Shown: positions 61,524 through 64,000 of the stretch, in pieces
Numbering within the stretch: the first letter of the stretch is position 1
Layout of the letters: the number at the start of each line of letters is the position of its first letter
From: an uncultured Methylomirabilota bacterium
GTDB taxonomy: Bacteria; Methylomirabilota; Methylomirabilia; Methylomirabilales; 2-02-FULL-66-22
Assembly: GCA_963845565.1 (NCBI GenBank)
Contig: CAWJSJ010000002.1
Location: forward strand, 1,440,001-1,504,000
Length of the DNA stretch: 64,000 bases
Direction of reading: 5' to 3'
Notes under the pieces: generated by a model
The model's database searches: none
The model's input: the letters and a program-made list of their open reading frames with translations, nothing else
What the model was told of the DNA's origin: nothing
Translations under genes and position numbers: made by a program

Positions 61524-61595
61524 ACTCGGCCGACCCGCTCCTGATCACGCATCCTGCTCCCTCGTCGCACGCGCCCATCGATTCAGGTAGCGAAC

Positions 61596-62913
61596 GTGAC
61601 CTACGTTGAGGCGACCGCGTTTCTGTACGGCCTGCGCCGCTTCGGGTGGCGTCCGGGCCTTAGCCACCATCGAGCGTCTGCTGGCGCTGACGGGCGACCC
61701 GCATGAGGGCATTCCCTCGATTCACATCGGCGGGACCAACGGCAAAGGATCGACCGCCGCCATGGTGGATGCCATCCTGCGGGCCGCGGGGCACCGGATG
61801 GGCCTCTACACGTCTCCCCACCTGCTGAGTTTCACCGAACGGATCCGGGTAGACGGGGAGCCCATCGGCGAGGCCGAGATCGTCGCCCTCACCGAGCGGC
61901 TCAAGACGCTCTGCGCGCTCCACTTCGCCCCCGAGACGACGCAACCCCCCGGCGACCGCCTGCCCCACCCCACCTTCTTCGAACTCACGACGGCCATGGC
62001 CTTCCTGCATTTCAGGCGCAGGGCCGTGGACGCCGCGACGATCGAAGTGGGGTTGGGTGGCCGACTCGACGCCACCAACGTGATCCGGCCGCAGGTGGTG
62101 GTGATCACCAACATCGCCCTGGAGCATGAGGAGTATCTCGGGCGGACGGTGGCGGAGATCGCGGGCGAGAAGGCGGGGATCGTCAAATCCGGGGTGCCCG
62201 TCATCACCGGAGCGCGCGGCGAGGCGCTGGAAGTGATCGGACGGGCGGCCTCGGGCCTCGGCGCGCCCGTTGTCTCCGTTCCGGATGCCTATCGCTGGAG
62301 GGTGCGGGAATCGAGCCTTTCGGGAGAGGTCTTCGATCTTGACGGCCCCGAGGGATGCTATGGGGCTCTGCGGATCCCCCTGGTCGGTCGTCATCAGGTC
62401 GACAACGCCGTGCTCGCCGTCGCCGCGGTCGAGGCGGCCCGGGAACGCGGGCTCTGGTCGGACGAAGCCGCCATCCGTCGCGGCCTGGCGGCGACCGAGT
62501 GGCCGGGCCGCCTGCAGATCATCGAGGGTGAGCCCCGGATCATCCTCGATGGGGCGCACAACCCGGCAGGCGCGCACGTCCTGGCGACCTTTCTCGCGGA
62601 GCATCGGGCGGAGCTTGGCCGGCTGATCCTGGTCTTCGGTGTCCTCAAGGACAAGAACTGGGAGGCGATGCTGGGATGCCTCGCCCCTCTCGCCGACGAG
62701 ATCATCCTGACTCAGCCCCCGACGGCACGCGGAGCCGATCCTGCAGAGCTGCGATCCGCGGTCCGGGGGCGCGCCGCGACGCGGGTCGCCGCGGAACCCG
62801 CCGAGGCTCTCGCTCTTGCCCGTTCGACAGCCGGTGCTGCAGACACCATCCTGGTGGCCGGTTCGCTGTACACGGTGGCCGCCGCCCTCCGTATCCTGCG
62901 CCCGACAGTCTGA
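61596..62913 (+). CDS. folC: Folylpolyglutamate synthase/dihydrofolate synthase (frameshift ~61662)
   Basis: GTNGKGST, YTSPHL, EVGLGGRLDATN, WPGR, DGAHN; N-terminus VTYVEATAFLY..FGWRPGL lies in another frame. Confidence 0.93.
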
Positions 62914-63608
62914 ACGGCGATTCGGCGAACGGGCGCCGGAGACCGTCCTGCCAAATTGTCTGACTCCCAAGAGGCCGACTCCTTGCCAGCATGGTGCGGC
63001 TGCTTCCAGGAATCCCTTTTTGAGCCTCAGGCTCCGTGATCCGAAGAAGCGTAAGCCGAGGAGGCTCGGAAAGGCGAACCGAAGATGAATCCTCCGGCCT
63101 GCCCGGCGCATAGCCTAAGCCTCGCACGGGTTTTTCACGAAGGATTCGTGAACAATCCGGGCTTACCTGACGAGCACCCATTCCCGCGTACCGCGGGAGG
63201 ATACGTGGTGGCGGGCGGACCGGGTACCCATCCGCCGGGATGGGTGCGGTGTCACCCTGCACCGGCGACGTCTGATCCGTTCCGGGCCGCCGACTCCAAG
63301 AGCCTCTATTTAGCCCGCATTGTTCGCGAGCTGTGTTCGCGAATAATGCGGGCTAGGGCTGATCTGCGGCCGAAGCGAGGTCATGATTCCATGGCGCACG
63401 TGCGGGCAATCGACCGCCGGATTCAGGGGGGAGTCCATCGGAAACTAGGATTGCTTTTGGTAGTACTCTGTGCAATTAGTGGTTTCCATCGAACGTTGTC
63501 CGTGCTCCGTCGGCCACGCCGCGGGTGCACGCCGTCCCAATCGGCCGACCCCACACGGACTTGGTTCTTGCGCGCCCAGCGCGAAAAAAGCCAGGGAGGA
63601 CCCACCCA

Positions 63609-64000
63609 ATGAGCCCGCTGACCTCCAAGGAACGGGTACTGATGGCATTGCGGCACGAGGAGCCGGATCGCGTCCCCATTGATTTTGGGGCCCGCCACAG
63701 CATTCACATTTCTGCTCATCGGGCCTTGAAGCGGCACCTCGGCCTACAGGACGGCGCGGACGCGGTCCGCAGCTATCTCAACAACAGCGCCGAGCCGGAC
63801 CCCCGCTTGCTGGCGCGGTTCGCCACGGACGTGATCGCCTTCCCGGTGGGGTCCGGAAGCCGATATACGTTTCGGCTGGACCCGGAGACCAACAGCTACG
63901 CCGACGAGTGGGGCATCACGATGCGGATGCCACCCGGCGGGTATTACTACGATCCTGTCGGATATCCTTTAGCTGCGGCACAGACGGTGGCGGAGGTTGA
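63609..64000 (+). CDS. Uroporphyrinogen decarboxylase family protein (truncated at window edge)
   Basis: MSPLTSKERVLMALRHEEPDRVPIDFG...DEWG; GGAGG RBS. Confidence 0.8.
   Translation, partial: MSPLTSKERVLMALRHEEPDRVPIDFGARHSIHISAHRALKRHLGLQDGADAVRSYLNNSAEPDPRLLARFATDVIAFPVGSGSRYTFRLDPETNSYADEWGITMRMPPGGYYYDPVGYPLAAAQTVAEV

Overview
High-GC bacterial chromosomal window, probably from a MAG. Gene content is reminiscent of Methylomirabilota/NC10, but that is an unverified inference. Housekeeping blocks: phoH-7TM/HD-ybeY-M23-era-recO; a divergent-type membrane pyrophosphatase; mutT-mutY; pal; glcDEF; AAA ATPase-VWA-tldD-pmbA; modABC; rpsU-RRM; accD-folC. These are interleaved with sugar/sugar-acid catabolism genes (ABC transporter, rpiB, IolO-like epimerase, SDRs, iolB, kdgK, KDPG aldolase-like, MtaA/UroD-family, RraA). 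Signals not shown by the ORF track: (1) two probable selenoproteins with in-frame UGA in UxxC motifs and downstream SECIS-like hairpins (glutaredoxin 18250-18486; TlpA/ResA-like 27384-27968); (2) an ECF sigma factor coupled to an Ogt methyltransferase that carries a C-terminal Ada zinc domain and no AraC domain, followed by alkA, a candidate sigma-driven alkylation response; (3) seven intergenic elements built from short-period (7-10 bp) tandem repeats plus an inverted arm; (4) two MITE-like families, mostly inserted at stop codons; (5) decayed attC-like sites around two small genes; (6) a tRNA-Arg with a GCG anticodon; (7) two gene remnants. Nine single-base frameshifts in seven genes, including folC, most likely reflect assembly errors. 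No CRISPR array, rRNA, transposase or integrase was seen.
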